From assembly GCF_964204645.1 (NCBI RefSeq), contig NC_134029.1, forward strand, positions 16,238,950 through 16,302,949: DNA of 64,000 nt, written 5' to 3'. This stretch comes from Tubulanus polymorphus (Eukaryota > Animalia > Nemertea). The notes beneath the pieces are model-generated. The model did not search any database. It saw only the letters and a list, made by a program, of their open reading frames with translations, and had not been told where the DNA came from. This document shows positions 47,797 through 61,400 of this stretch, one piece after another. The position numbers and the translations under genes are program-made. The number at the start of each line of letters is the position of its first letter. Within the stretch, counting starts at the first letter, position 1.

Positions 47797-50700
47797 TATC
47801 TGATATTGCCTTCTCTTCATACGTATAGGTACTCGTACCGGTTTAACTGCAGTTTAGGTCACCTTTCTACTGTGTGGTGCTAGTGTTATTAAAGAATAGT
47901 GTTATGGTAAGGTTAGGTACTTAAGTCAGTAACCTGTCTGTGTTTTAGTTTCACGATCGGATATTTTCACAAACCACATTTGTTATATAAGCCCATCCGA
48001 TTATAAAAAAGCTTACCACCAACGATTAGGTTAACTAACTAGGTTAGGTACATCATAACCACTAGGGACACCTAAAAGTGCAGTCGCTCCCTCCTGGTTA
48101 GGTATGTTCATGTCCGCGCGGGGCGCCACTATCGATTGTGACGACCATTATTGATTAGGAAAAGTGTGATGCGCGTTTTTACTAGGCGTTTTGACATCGC
48201 GTAGTAAAATCATTCATAAAACCTGTCTATCAATGCAAATGAGCTAAAATCTTTTGGAATCAACCAATAAGATCGATCTTTATCACTTGGGGGTTGGTTT
48301 AGTGTATAAATCCGCATTTTAGTCGAAGAAAATAGAAATCGAAATATACCCTTTTTCAAGAGCAAAATTCGTCAGATTAGGACCCGGAATAAGTGACGAA
48401 TCATCAGGAATCGGAAGGTTTAGGATCTTAAAATTCAAATACTGAAAACCGCATGATTTTATTTCGTGTCGGGCCTAATTTTCTACTTTTCTTAAATAAA
48501 ATCCATTTAGCAAATAATATATAAAATTGGTATATCTAAATCAATTTGCAATAGGAGCCTATGGCTATAGACCTAACTGACAGGCCTTGATAATCATGTT
48601 TATTCATTTCAAAAATTAAGTAGTGAAAAAAATAATTTCATCTGAAATCATATCAATATTTCTCAATATTTCACATTTTTTCTTGCCGTTACCATGGAAA
48701 CCTAATAATAATAATCTATATAATAATAGATACTCCTAGATAAACTTAGGGCAAACATAAACTATTGATAACTAGTTATTCTATCCCCTTTCTACATCAT
48801 AACTTTTGATCTAACATCGATATTTTCATTCCGCATTTGGAGTCAGATAAAAATTTTGGGTCTTTCAACTGTCACCTGAAAGTGCTATGAGTGTATTGCT
48901 CTTTAAATTTCTAGTCTATCTCTTTTAGTTTAAGAGATATTGAAGTTTGTTTACATGAAATATTGCCTTCTTAGATCACAGTTTTTGTGTATTAAAACAT
49001 GAAGACACTTTTCGCTCAAATTTTCAAACTTCAATTTGCGATATCTCGAAAACTACTGAAGATAATTCAAAAATTTAAAAAGCATATTGCTATTTGAGCC
49101 CTCCCCATTCCAACAAGCTTTCTTTCAGTAAGACTAAGAATAAGATTGGAGCTATTTGAATTTTTTATGGATATATAGCTATCCTGGTACCTAAAAATGA
49201 TTCATTAAACAATACATAAGCTTCGTGAAATTTTTGCTTTCATTCATTTAAAAAATGCATTTCTTAGTCTTTACCTACGAGCAATTATCTGAAATTATTC
49301 AGATAATTGTTCGTAGGTCTTACGTTCTTACTTGATTCTTACTACGTTAATTACTTCCGCGTTTGGTTTCTCGAGAATCGGCAGTTGATGATGGCGCGTT
49401 TGAGGACTATGGATCTGCGCCAAGTGAGAATTCATAGCGGAAGTATGTCAAGTGAGAATGTGAAAATGCGAATAAGTTGACAGGCGAAACGTCGAATAAT
49501 AGTACACAGATGGCGTTACTATTTCTGCGCCTAGACTGGTTGCCTGGCCCATTCAATATATATAATATGTAATAGATGAAGTGACGGACGCCTCGTCACA
49601 GCTTGATTCAATTTTTCATAGTAAGAAATGATAGCGATTGGGGAAAACAACCTCAAGTACGGGGTAACGAAGTCGAAAACACTCAAAATATTGTCAGTGA
49701 CAAGGAGCACACTTAAATGTTGAATGAAACTGGAAAGAGAATCAACTCCAATATTTCATATTGAAATTGTACTGTAGTTGAACCCAAAGCAATGAATTAA
49801 TGAAGAAATTAAATCAATTCTTAGTCAAAACTTGGAAAATTTAAATGCTCGAGTTAAGGGGTGGGAAGAAAGAAGATGAAACTGTAACTCTGTAACTGTA
49901 AGTTTTGATTCATTTCTGAAATTTGGGCTTGATATATTATAAGCCCAAATTTCAGAAATGAATCAAACCTCATAATTCTTTAATCTTATATTATAAGATC
50001 AAATGAAATTTAATATTTTAATTTTTGCGAGAAAAAAAACTTGAAAAATTTCTTATAAATCAGGTCTCGGTACCACTGTCTGCTAAAAAGATTATTCTTT
50101 CGGTTTAGATAAAGTGTCATTTTTTAATGGTTTAAAACTCTTTGTGAAACCCGTAACCAATGACATTTCTATGGTGGAAACTGAGAGGGGTTTTTGCAAT
50201 ATTGAAGAATTTTGACCTGGTAGTTAATTTAGAAATTAGCTCCATTTGGAAATAAAAGGAAGATGAGAAGATTACCAACGCATTTCTTAATTACCTTCAA
50301 AAAGAAAAAAAATACGCGTTTGAAACGCACAAATCGGAAAATTATTTTCTGCTAGAAAAAACTCGAATTAGCAGGGAATGCGAATGTCAGTACAAAAATT
50401 GATTTCTCTTGCGAAAAATATACATTTCTTTCTAATCCGCCGGGAATACGGTTCAAAATAAGCAGTCCACGCGGCCAGCGGTTCCGAATTCCTTATTTGG
50501 TGAAGAAGGGGCGGAGACTAATGTTTTTGCCGACCGCGATGTTGCTGCTGCTCGAGAGCGAGACTACGCCGTGCCGATCCGGGTCGACCCTAGTTCCAGG
50601 ACGCGTTAACTACCTTTCAATTTTCGGTTACGGATACACTGCAGACATAGAATTCATTGAGCCAAGGTCGTTACCGCAACCTGGAAACGCCATATAAACA

Positions 50701-53700
50701 AACGGCATCAGACCACAATTAGGTTAGTAGCTCGAAGATGCGTAGGGCCGGACCGGACCCCAAAAATAGTACCTAGAGTGAAGAAGAGGTCCCCCATAAA
50801 TGTTGCCATAATTTCTGCAAATGGGATAGGTAACGAATTTCGGTTATATGTATGAAATCCATTGATCCTGAGAGACAGATCGATGATGAAATAAGGGATT
50901 CCCTGGACTTTTTTTGCTTGGAGTAAGGGTACCAAACACGGTGGGAGATTCCCTTAGATATTTGGCTCGGATGTACTGGCATACCTGTACTGGGATACCC
51001 CTCCTTTCTAAAGGTTTGATTATTTCAAAAGTTAGGTTGGGTATGTGGGGCGAAAACCACTTCAATGCGTAGCTAAGATGCTGGCCTATGAGCCATAAGC
51101 AGGATTTCCCCTGAATTTACGCGCTTATATATGAACTAAACTCTCGAATTTCTTGTTTTTACTATAGGATATAGAAGATTTTGGAATAGTGGTCTGAGCT
51201 CAAACAACCGTCTGTCCGCCCGTCTCCTCTTTATCATAAAAATCTTTTACCCTCCTTTTAATGTAAAATCCTTCCTTCAATTGAAATCCTTTTGCAAATC
51301 ATTGATAAAATGATGACGAAAAGGCCAGAGCCCAGGTCCTAGGTCCTTATCTCTACAATCCACCAATGCAATGTCCAATAAAAAATACAACAAGAAAGCG
51401 TGTAGGCTAATTTGTACTTTATGATTTACTTTCTCTATTTTACTGCAGTAACAGATGGAGTAAAAAGAATAACAATATATTGATAAAAGATTTCTTGAAA
51501 ATGCATAGGCCTACCTTTACTTACTGAAAGAAATACTGAATTCTTATGGTAGGATTAGGAACTACATTATTTGGAATTGGAATGATAACTATAATAACAG
51601 AAATTGATATCGACTGCAAAGAAATTAATTCTCAAATGAATATATGGATGGATAAATCAGCTAGCAATTAAGCGTACGTACGCGTGACTAAAACATTTAT
51701 TCCAAATACCGTGTTAAAGTGAACATTAGTGCAAGTTGGTATATGATTAGAATGGTGACATAAGTTAGATATTATCTTCCCTCATCATTAGTCACGCAGA
51801 TATCAGATAAGAAAAATAACATAGAAAAGAATGTTAAAAATACACTTGATAGCACATCAAAAGCGTTACAGTAAGCATGATAGGGGGAATGTGCAAGACA
51901 ACAGATTCTTAACAATACATACCTGAAGTTTCCAGAGATCTTCAAAAAAGAAAATATCTTATCAATGATTGATGAAATATACAATTGAGAATAGATAGGC
52001 CTACGTTAATTTTTCTCACATTTTGATATATCTGGTAAGGACAATACAAAAGATTCAAGCAATCATCGTTTAATCATTTCTATGAGTCATGGAATCATTT
52101 TTCATACCAATTAATTATTTAACCGCATCAAAATCAATAAAGATCACACATAACACAGAAAATACAAATTCCTTTAACGAACACATTGGAAACGATTACG
52201 CTTTGAAATCTGAATGCTACCAAAATAGGTTTTTAAGCTCTTAATATTCCTAGGCTCAAATGGAAACATTTCAATTTCTGAATTATTCAAACATTTAAAC
52301 AAATGCGATCGCATTTTTGACTGTTTTAAGACGATATCAAATACATTATGATCACCAGAAGCTAAACAATATGCAAAGGCGATTGCAAAAAGTCCGCAAT
52401 CATTACCACCGCTTTGTCTTTGTGGTGAATATAATTTCACAGTTATAATTCCATTATCACCTTGAGCATAGTTCGCATATAGAGAAACCAGCTGGGATTG
52501 TAGATCAGGGGTAATTTTTGGAGTCATAGAATCATAAACAGCAACTTCATTTCCTATACATGTCCACAAAACCCAGTGACTACCTACGTTATGGATTTGG
52601 ATACCGTCACCATGCATCGGAGCACTGAAGGAATTTGCTGATAGTAATATAGGATCCTTAAATCCATCTATGTATGGATATCTAAGGTGGATAAGATGCT
52701 GAGCAGCATGAATGTGTCTATCGTTCAACCACTCGTGGTTCAACAAACTATTAACATCCCCTGTAATCAAGCGAACATTACCAACAGCGATCAGGGTGTT
52801 GTCCGAAGACTTAATTTTCTCCCTGGTGGTCAACGACATAGGTCTACTTGAATTTTGAAATTCACATTTATCAGTTTCATGACAAACAGGCAAATTCACA
52901 CCCACATACTTTTTCATATCATCTGCATTTTTTCCGAAGCGTTTATGCCATTTCAAAGACTTTCTATGTTTTGGAGGTGGAGCATATGATAGGCCTATGT
53001 CTTCAGAAGCAGATCGCTTAGGAGCAGAGTGTGCCTTTCGATTGACGACTAGTGTTGTTTCATCCTGTGGTAGGCGTTTGGAAAAACGGTCACGGAGAGC
53101 AGTAGCTTCTTCAAGAAATTCCGCCAAGTCCTCATCCTCAATAAGATGAACCTGGTTTTTCAATTCATTTACAACAGCACAACACTTTTTTCGTAGAACC
53201 TTATTTTCCATATATTTTGGCTCAATCAACTGCGCAGACTGCACTTCAGGCTCATCGTCAGAAGAAACACAATCTTCGTTGTCCACAAAAGTAACACTGT
53301 TTGTTACATTGTCAATATTGGTAGGGATCAGATTGCATGTCTTCACAATAACTTCGTCAAGATAAAATCTTGGATTTGAGATATATGATGCGGCTAAGGA
53401 ATGAAATGAGTATTCAGAGAGACCGATGACAGCACACATGTGCTTACACGGTAATAAGGTTATCTGCCAGTCTTTACAAGTACAGCGCGGTAGTTCAGTA
53501 TTGGATCCTAGGTAAACTTGATAATGCTTAAGCCCACTCACCACTTTGAACCACTTATTTTTTTCGACTTCTATGGTATATTCTATGTTGGATTGCATAC
53601 GTTGTGTAATGTGGTCCACAAAATATCGTGGTCGATCAACGAGCCATAAAGGTACATTGGAGTTGTATTTCTTGTAACTACTACTATTTTTCACGTTCAG

Positions 53701-56163
53701 CTCAACATATCTGAAAAAAAATGCCAGTGAATTTCGAATAAAGTACATAATTCAATTAAAGTACATTTTTGTTTTTCCAAAGGATATTGTCAATACTCAC
53801 TTTTTATAACTCCTTGGTAGAAACATGTTAATAATAACATTAACTAATTCAGTCAGGGAACAGTTTTTGTAGCCCTGTAAAAATCCATACTTGAGGGCTT
53901 CATTTTGCCGTTCTACTCCATTCGTTGTTTGTATCGATGATGTTCGTAGATTTGGTTGATATGCTCTCACCCATCGCTGAAATATAAATTAATTTCAAAG
54001 CATTGCAGCATTACATGTTAGTATGGGCTAAAAGCTTGAGAAAAAGGGGGTACCTTTTTTCACTAAGCCAAGAATTTTGAAACCATCGACGTAACTTTGG
54101 ATTGACTTTCCAAATGTTAGATTGCTGAAGTTCATTGTAAGCCCAATTAAATCCTGCCTCTGTAGTTGATTCAGCAATATCTCTCATCAGTCCTTTCAAC
54201 ATTTCTCTGTTTTCTGAAAACGAAAACATATTAGGAATTTATGACAACATATAGGAAGCGCTCAAATAGTATTTTTGCTTTATTTGGGGTGGGGGTTCGG
54301 TTTAAGTACATGTACTAAACGCATAGGAAAAATTGGAAATATACTAAGGGGCATTTCTCGGGCAACTGGTACATATTTTGGACATTTCAATTTGGGAATC
54401 AAATTTTGCAGCCACAGTTATATCAAGCACATACCTCCAATTCCATTTTCAGATCTTGCGAGCCATTCGTTCCATGCTTTCTCTCTATGAAATTTACATA
54501 GTCTTACCAATACATCTAGCATAAATCAAAGAACTTTTACATTAATACCTTTGTCTAACAAAATTGTCGCAAAGCAATATCTTAACACTGCATACATCTA
54601 CCTTCAAAAGCACTTTCAATAGCATTTATTTCTGCCCAACAGCAATCAGTGATAAAATCCTGTGGCCTCCAATTTTCATTCCATGATTTGAAAACATCGA
54701 TGGCCTCTTTAATGCTTGCAGCGTCTTCGTGTTCTAAAATTATGTTTTTTATATATAATTAAATACCGCTACTGGTATACAGAATACCAGGTGTGTGATC
54801 AAGATTTTTTAAGCAAAATTTGTTCAAAGAACCAGTACGTATTTTAATGCTGTGATTATGTATACGATCATGGCTTAAAAGTACCTGGCATAAAAACTCC
54901 AACAACACAATAATTGACGTTTGTCTTAACACTTATAAAGAACAGGGGCATGGCATACTTCAGTGTCTTATATGTTGCATCAAGCAAACATATATCATTT
55001 CCATATCGCATCATCAAACGCTGCTGCCATTCGGTCTGATAACAAAATAGGTGGTGTTACCGATCACCTTCATCGGTATGATGAGCGGGTCGAAAAAAAA
55101 TTTTGCATTTGCATCAGCCTTCTTCCAATCATCGATTTGCAGTGATAAGTTTTCCTGATCATTCTGAAAATAAAAGATGCAAAATTGGGAATGGGGAATA
55201 GCCATTCAAGCATCATACTGATGGCTGAATTTATTTACCTTGCTTTTCTGATGAGTACACTTCTCATTCAACATGATATTTTCGATATCTTTATGAGTAG
55301 GGAAGTAACGACGGCGGTTCTCCGATACAGTCTGGTTCTTTAAAAGTTCATCTTTGACAAAATTACGGATGTACCGCATCATTTCAGACACTTTCTGAAC
55401 ACCGTTAAATGTCAGGCTGCGTATCTTCTGTACGATTACAGGATCAACAGGCTCGCACATATTTGCTGTCTGAAAATTAAAACACATACGGTACGCGTAT
55501 TTGTTAAATTCAAATGAGCAAAGTTCCAGTTAGAATATTTTTCAAAGCAATTAAAGCAAAGAAGTGTCAAGCAAGGTTTTAAGTAAATCATACTAAAATT
55601 CCTAGGCATATTAGAACTAGGCCTATTGTTTCACAGACAAATTACCTCATCCCCAACGGGGTGTTCTTTGTGGTCCTGGATGTCGGGCAACTGAATATGA
55701 TATTGTATTAATCCATTTATTGACAAGTCATGTAAATTCTGTCGGAGTTTCGCCGAACCGTTTTCTTTACAACGTACAGTGTTTCTGTTGATCTGAAATA
55801 AGGAAATAATTTCAATAATAAATCACATGATTTGAGTAACAACTCACAATACTTTAGGATTAAGTGGTATTCACCATTATATCAGGAAATCGAACAACCT
55901 GATTCACTTTTATCGATGCAGGGCAGTCAAGTTTTTTTGTGGTTTGGATCAGCGTACGGCGTTTGGTAAAAACATGATCCTCCTCCTAAAATATACAAAC
56001 TCACACCATAACCATCAAAATAAAACAACGACTTGTATTTAAAGACTTGCAGCGACAGAACAAAAAAGTTTGAATAGCCTACCATCAAATCATCTTTTTT
56101 CTTTTTGTATGTCTCCTTTTTACGTTTATTATAATCTATGCCTTGGTGACAGTTAAGCACCAG

Positions 56164-56271
56164 GGTCCAGTTCCACAGTTCCGAGTTAAGATTTAACTCC
56201 GAGTTAACTCATCGAAAATGAACTAGCTTTAACTCAGAGTTAACTCTAACGCACAACTGTGGAACTGGGTC
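56164..56271. mobile_element. Harbinger-like MITE with 3-bp TSD inside a MULE exon
   Basis: TIR CCAGTTCCACAGTT/AACTGTGGAACTGG; CAG duplicated; removal restores SRLVLNCHQG. Confidence 0.85.
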
Positions 56272-56508
56272 CAGACGACTAACATAAATAAATGGCGTGC
56301 CATCAAAAGGAATTTCTTTCACACCAGTTCCAGTTGACGAAGTGGACTCCCAATAGATTCGCGGTGTCGAACATCTTTCTTTCAGCCAGTTTTTCCAATC
56401 TGAATTTGATTCAAATATATTATCCTACCTATTAATTTTATACAGTAGGTTAGGCCTAATTTAGCACACCCACACACATAATAGACATAGGGCCATGTTG
56501 TATGAGTC

Positions 56509-56925
56509 CAGGGTTCATAGTCTCCATGACCAGTCTCATTCTATGACTTTCAAGCACCTTTTCGAGCCCAATTCAATGACGCAATGTTACTAATACTGAA
56601 ACTTCGATGGCATATTTTGTTTTCATTGTAGTTGAGATAAATTAAGACTAGTGTGAACTAGACCTAACAACACAATGATCAGATCTGATGATGTATAATG
56701 CCTAAACTATAGATTATCTGTGACCGAGCAATTATGTTTAGATGATTGCTCGTAGCTGTGACTAACCACTTCGAAATCTATGCGCGCAGTAAGGTAGATC
56801 ACTCTCCAATGACCATGACCATGAATCAATGACTTTAGAGGCAATTCCATGACTTTCAAGGCCTTGAATTGACCTATTCCCATTTCATGACTTTCCATGA
56901 CTTTCAATGACCGCTATGAACCATA
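56509..56925. mobile_element. hAT-like MITE in MULE intron
   Basis: CAGGGTTCATAG...CTATGAACC ends; repeated CATGACTTT motifs. Confidence 0.5.
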
Positions 56926-58199
56926 TGACCCACAGCCCTCGCCCAAGTTGGGCAGTTGAAACATTGACATTGATGGTCCCTGTCCCTCACGGTAAACTGA
57001 TAAACTAGCAGCTGCTTATAAGCCTATTCTTTGGTCCATTGAATTAGGTGCTAGGTTATAGGCCTAACCGGCTAACGTTCTTTCTGCTGTGCTGTTATTC
57101 TTCGACAAGTCCAGACGATAGGCTTTTTTAATTTTAAAATGACACCTCTCGATCAATTGAAAACATACCTTCATTTCCAAAGTTCTTGTCTTTATGCTGA
57201 CAAACAAATTTAGTGCCAGTTTCGGCTTCGTATTCAGATATGTTTCTGAACACTTCTTCAGCGCGATTTAATATGACCGGCATTTTGATAGCGAAAACGA
57301 CCTTGGAATCTAATTGAACACTAAGAATGTGTATCCGTAACCGAAAATTGAAAGGTAGTTAACGCGTCCTGGAACTAGGGTCAAACCGGACGTCAAGTGA
57401 CGTCATTTTTTTCTGACTTTGTCAGCTAGTCAGCTTACCAAAGGGACGTCCTCCGGGCGCCTTCGGCGCCCGGCGTCCGTCTATAAGATAGAGACCGGTA
57501 ACCAGTCTATAAGAATTTTTTACGCCGTGTAGGAATTCTTAATCGATCTTTCTCGTCTGTTTGTGTTAAAAGCGTTGATATTCCGAAGATGATGTTTGCC
57601 GGCTCGATGAACTGGTCAACTGGTTAATTTTAGGATACACTGGGGTCAAAAACTGCTTGTTTCAGGCCCCTCATTATGAGTTTTCCGGTTTGCTCGGCTA
57701 CCCGTACTGGCGGGGTATTCTAGAGAGGCTAATGAAAACTCCGGTTTGCTGAACCACCCCTCTTTGCGGGGATGCGGTATGATGTTTGATCTGACAGTTT
57801 CAAGTGGTTAATGGCTGTTTCAAGTGCTTACAACGATGCTTATTACTTCGTGGTACATGGTGGTTTAAAAAAAGATTTCATAATAATACGCTCACCGCGT
57901 GGGCTTCGTAGAAAGACCACTACCTGTGGCCTTCCCAAATTTTAATTGTCCTGTCCGATTTGGTTCATCCAATTGAGAGACTGCCTTTTCCAGTTAGGGC
58001 ATTTTTGGATCACGTCACTCCAGGAAATGACTTAACGCTTTTGGGCCCCTTCGTCGGTTCCACATGTTTCATTTGAGACCACAATGGTAACACCATGATG
58101 GTCAGTAACTGACCAATTGAGATATCCCCGAGTCTGACCACTTGACTTCGAATTTCGGAAATTTATCATGTAATGTTTGTTTTCAAACCTCTAAGGAAT

Positions 58200-58470
58200 C
58201 ATCATTGCAAATTCATCACTGACCATCACTGACCACCAATGACCAATTCAAACTTCTCGAATATGAAAACGATATACCGCGTTATGGTGTCAAACTAGAA
58301 AGGATTCGCCATTGAAAATTCATAAATTGACCATCACTGACCACCACTGACGAATTGAAACTTCTTGAAAGAACGATATACCGGTACCGCTTTTGGTGTG
58401 AAACTAGAAAGGATTCGCCATTAAAATTCATAAATTGACCATCACTGACCACCAGTGAAACTTCTCAAAT
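58200..58470. repeat. Short tandem array, about 110-bp unit with TGACCATCACTGACCACCA
   Basis: Three recurrences; related TGGTCAG motifs at 62895-63140. Confidence 0.7.
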
Positions 58471-61400
58471 ATCGTGGTCGAATTCGAAAGTGCTTGTCGT
58501 CGTATTGCTATTTCTAGAAACCAGCAGAAAGTTTTGCTACTGTTTTTGAATGGCGTTGACATGATGGAAATTTATTACCCATAAATGGGTTACACATCTG
58601 GATCACAGCACCTCACTTGCCGCAGTGCGTTATTTTCACTGCATAGTAATGCTAATACATAAACTTTTTTACTACTTGACTCGAATCATCTGAACAGTAC
58701 TGCGTTTGAAAACTCAACGAATAGCAAATGTTTGCGGGATGCGCCTACAAATAAGTTATAATAAGATTAATTAATCGATGCATGAAAAACAATTAAATCA
58801 CAAGGTGACTAACACCCGTCTTTCAACCAATCTGCGCGATACCAATTAATTAAATCATTAAACGCATTGGGTTCCTAATATTTGAAATCATGTGATACAA
58901 TAGTTGTTCTTTAGACTTGGCCACTTTCATTTCAGAAAACCGCGTACTAGACCAGTGGTCACCGAGGCATTAACCATTCCTTCAAGTTTTGAAAATTCGA
59001 TGGTAACGCGGATTCTTCGCCTCTAAAAACTGTTTCGTTAATAGTTTTCTTTATATTAAAAGTGTTCATAGGAATTGAAATTTGGAGCGATATCAGTCAC
59101 AGCTGTAACCATTTTTCATTGTCGGTTCTTTTTTGGAATTCAAGTAGATTAGTGAAAATATCAATGATGAAGTTCACTTATTACACAAGTACCGTTTTTA
59201 CTGTCGCATGCGAGTCGAAACAAAAAGATCTATCCAACTGCATATGTTCGGGTATAACCTGTGATATCCTTCAGTATGTTATGAATATCTTTAAAAATTT
59301 GTGTTCTAGTATAATACCCGAAGGTTTAACTATCGGACACATAAAAGATTCGCCATAATCAAAGTTTTTAAGAAAATCTTTCTTCGAGAAAGAAAGATCT
59401 TTAAAAGAACGATTGGCGTCAAACTAATCCATAATGGACTGTTGTGAATTTATTGAATAATCCACCTGAGAAATTTTAAGATTTCGAAGCGAAATTTATT
59501 CATATAAATCAAAAATGCATAAATAACTTGACGTTATTTGCGGGTCTCATGAAACACTTTCGTGCGCTCTTTTTAAATCTAAAATAGCATAAATACATGC
59601 GTGTTTCGTTATAAACAAGGTTAAATTCCAAACGCACATGAAATATGGAGCCTGTATCTCACACGATATACACATCTTGAATTTTCTCTAACTACGTAGG
59701 CCCTTTCCAAATGGGAATTGTTCAGTTTTTTAACGGCCGACATTCAGAGGCACCTAAAAAACCGGTTGTATAGCACTTGAGATTTTCAGTGTAGGGCACA
59801 TCTCACATCGACTCGGCTCGCGGTCGGTGGTTTAATGGGAACACATCTGTTTGTTACTAGTTTAACAGTTGACGAATTCAGAAAACTTTTTTCAAATGTC
59901 TTTGATAACTTTTTAAACATAGTATTCCTCTTAATTACATTTCGCTGATTCCATAGATATTTTTTCATGAAAATTGCTCCAGTTATAACGGATTCAAACA
60001 TACATGTAAAATGATTATTTTTAAAATATTCAATTTTCTCCGATTTTGAAGAAATTCTGACACAATATCATCTCCACTCGACACATGATTTTACTTCGGC
60101 ACCTTTGAAGGGAGTGTCACTTGTTGTTGAGTTCATATATAGTCAATAAAGAAGATATGCCCGATTCCTTTTTAGAATTTAGATTTCGACGGATATCATC
60201 AAATTACTAGAAAGGGACAGCAGCTTTCGGTCATCCGCAAAAAAATACCTAAAATGCTCTCCTAGGGTTATGGAAAAACATGTCACGAAACATACGGAAA
60301 ATCCTTTGTTTGGTAGACTGAAATTATTGAACTCTTAAATAGCAACATTCAGAGAAACAAAAACATAAGAATATATTCTCGCCCACCCTTTAAAAAAACA
60401 ACGTGATTTCAATTGAAGATGACACGTAGCCTCATATCAAATGATATGAACGCAACAGAGCCTATTCATTCTCTTTACGAGGATGGGTCTCCACATTAAT
60501 AGGATACGATACGAGATTCGTGCGTACGATTGATGAATACAACTGATAAAGCGCCAATTTCACTGATTCTTGCACATAAAGGTGTTTTAGAGTAATCTAG
60601 TTAACAGGTGTGTTTTAGGAGTATTTTGAATTTAAACTCAAATCGGGGTTCACGACGAATATTGAGCATTCTAGGGCTGGAGCAAGAAACGTGTGGGATC
60701 GTCCGCCAATGGTATCACCAAAGAAATAATAAGGAGCCAGTCCGTGGTGGCTATTGAAAGCGACGACCGCATGTGAATGCATTGATTGAATGACATCTCA
60801 AAAGTCAGATTTTATAAAAATTGAAGATGATATATGGATAGGTTATTCAATATATACTGGTAAAAATGATGCCCAATATGTGATATAAATGTTCAATTAA
60901 AAAGTAGAAACCGAATCCATACTTCAGTCTGATATTGTTATAACATCAAACACTCAAATTTAATCCTTTGTTAGATTGGTAGCCAGTGTAGATGAGCAAG
61001 AATAGTGGTCCCTAATTTCAATGTGGACTGTTCAACAAGTTGGAGTTTGTGAAGAGATGAATGAGTTTAAAATGGAGTGCAATTTAGATAATACTGTTTG
61101 AATGTCTATTACTCAATCTTTTATTGATCATAAAAAATTGTGGTAAAATATTTGACTCTAGGGTTGGTTTTAGATTGTATCTCTCCACGCCAGAGGTAAT
61201 CACGGATATTGGACTACACAAAATTCCTTGTGTACAGCTCGACTTTTTAAATCCCTGGAAAAGCTCGCCACGGATATATCTCAGTAATGATTAATTTTCC
61301 CACAAATTCTCCCCTTCGAAAAACCTAAACAACCAATGTACGCTTGCTCTAAGTTTGCCAATGCACTATTGTTACCTTTTCTAGCTATTTGCACTAGCTG

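Larger units (their letters stand above)
52174..57283 (-). pseudogene. Multi-exon CaRF-like MULE DDE transposase with SWIM finger and Ulp1/C48 protease domain; two exons disrupted by insertions
   Basis: IPFDGTPF..NCHQG, KKLDCPA (CaRF-like); LLDATYK, FITD, CKFHREKAW, TTNGVERQN (DDE); CTCKDW..PCKH (SWIM); WLND, HWV, YDS, QSGGNDCGLFAIA (Ulp1). Confidence 0.85.
50578..57390 (-). mobile_element. Mutator-like (MULE) element bounded by 62-bp inverted repeats
   Basis: 50578-50639 vs 57329-57390 (2 mismatches); encloses a multi-exon transposase; no TSD seen. Confidence 0.75.

Noticed and set aside
47800-48250. Clock promoter or non-coding first exon
   Set aside because: Donor-like sites and CpG-richer sequence are present, but nothing specific enough without transcript data.
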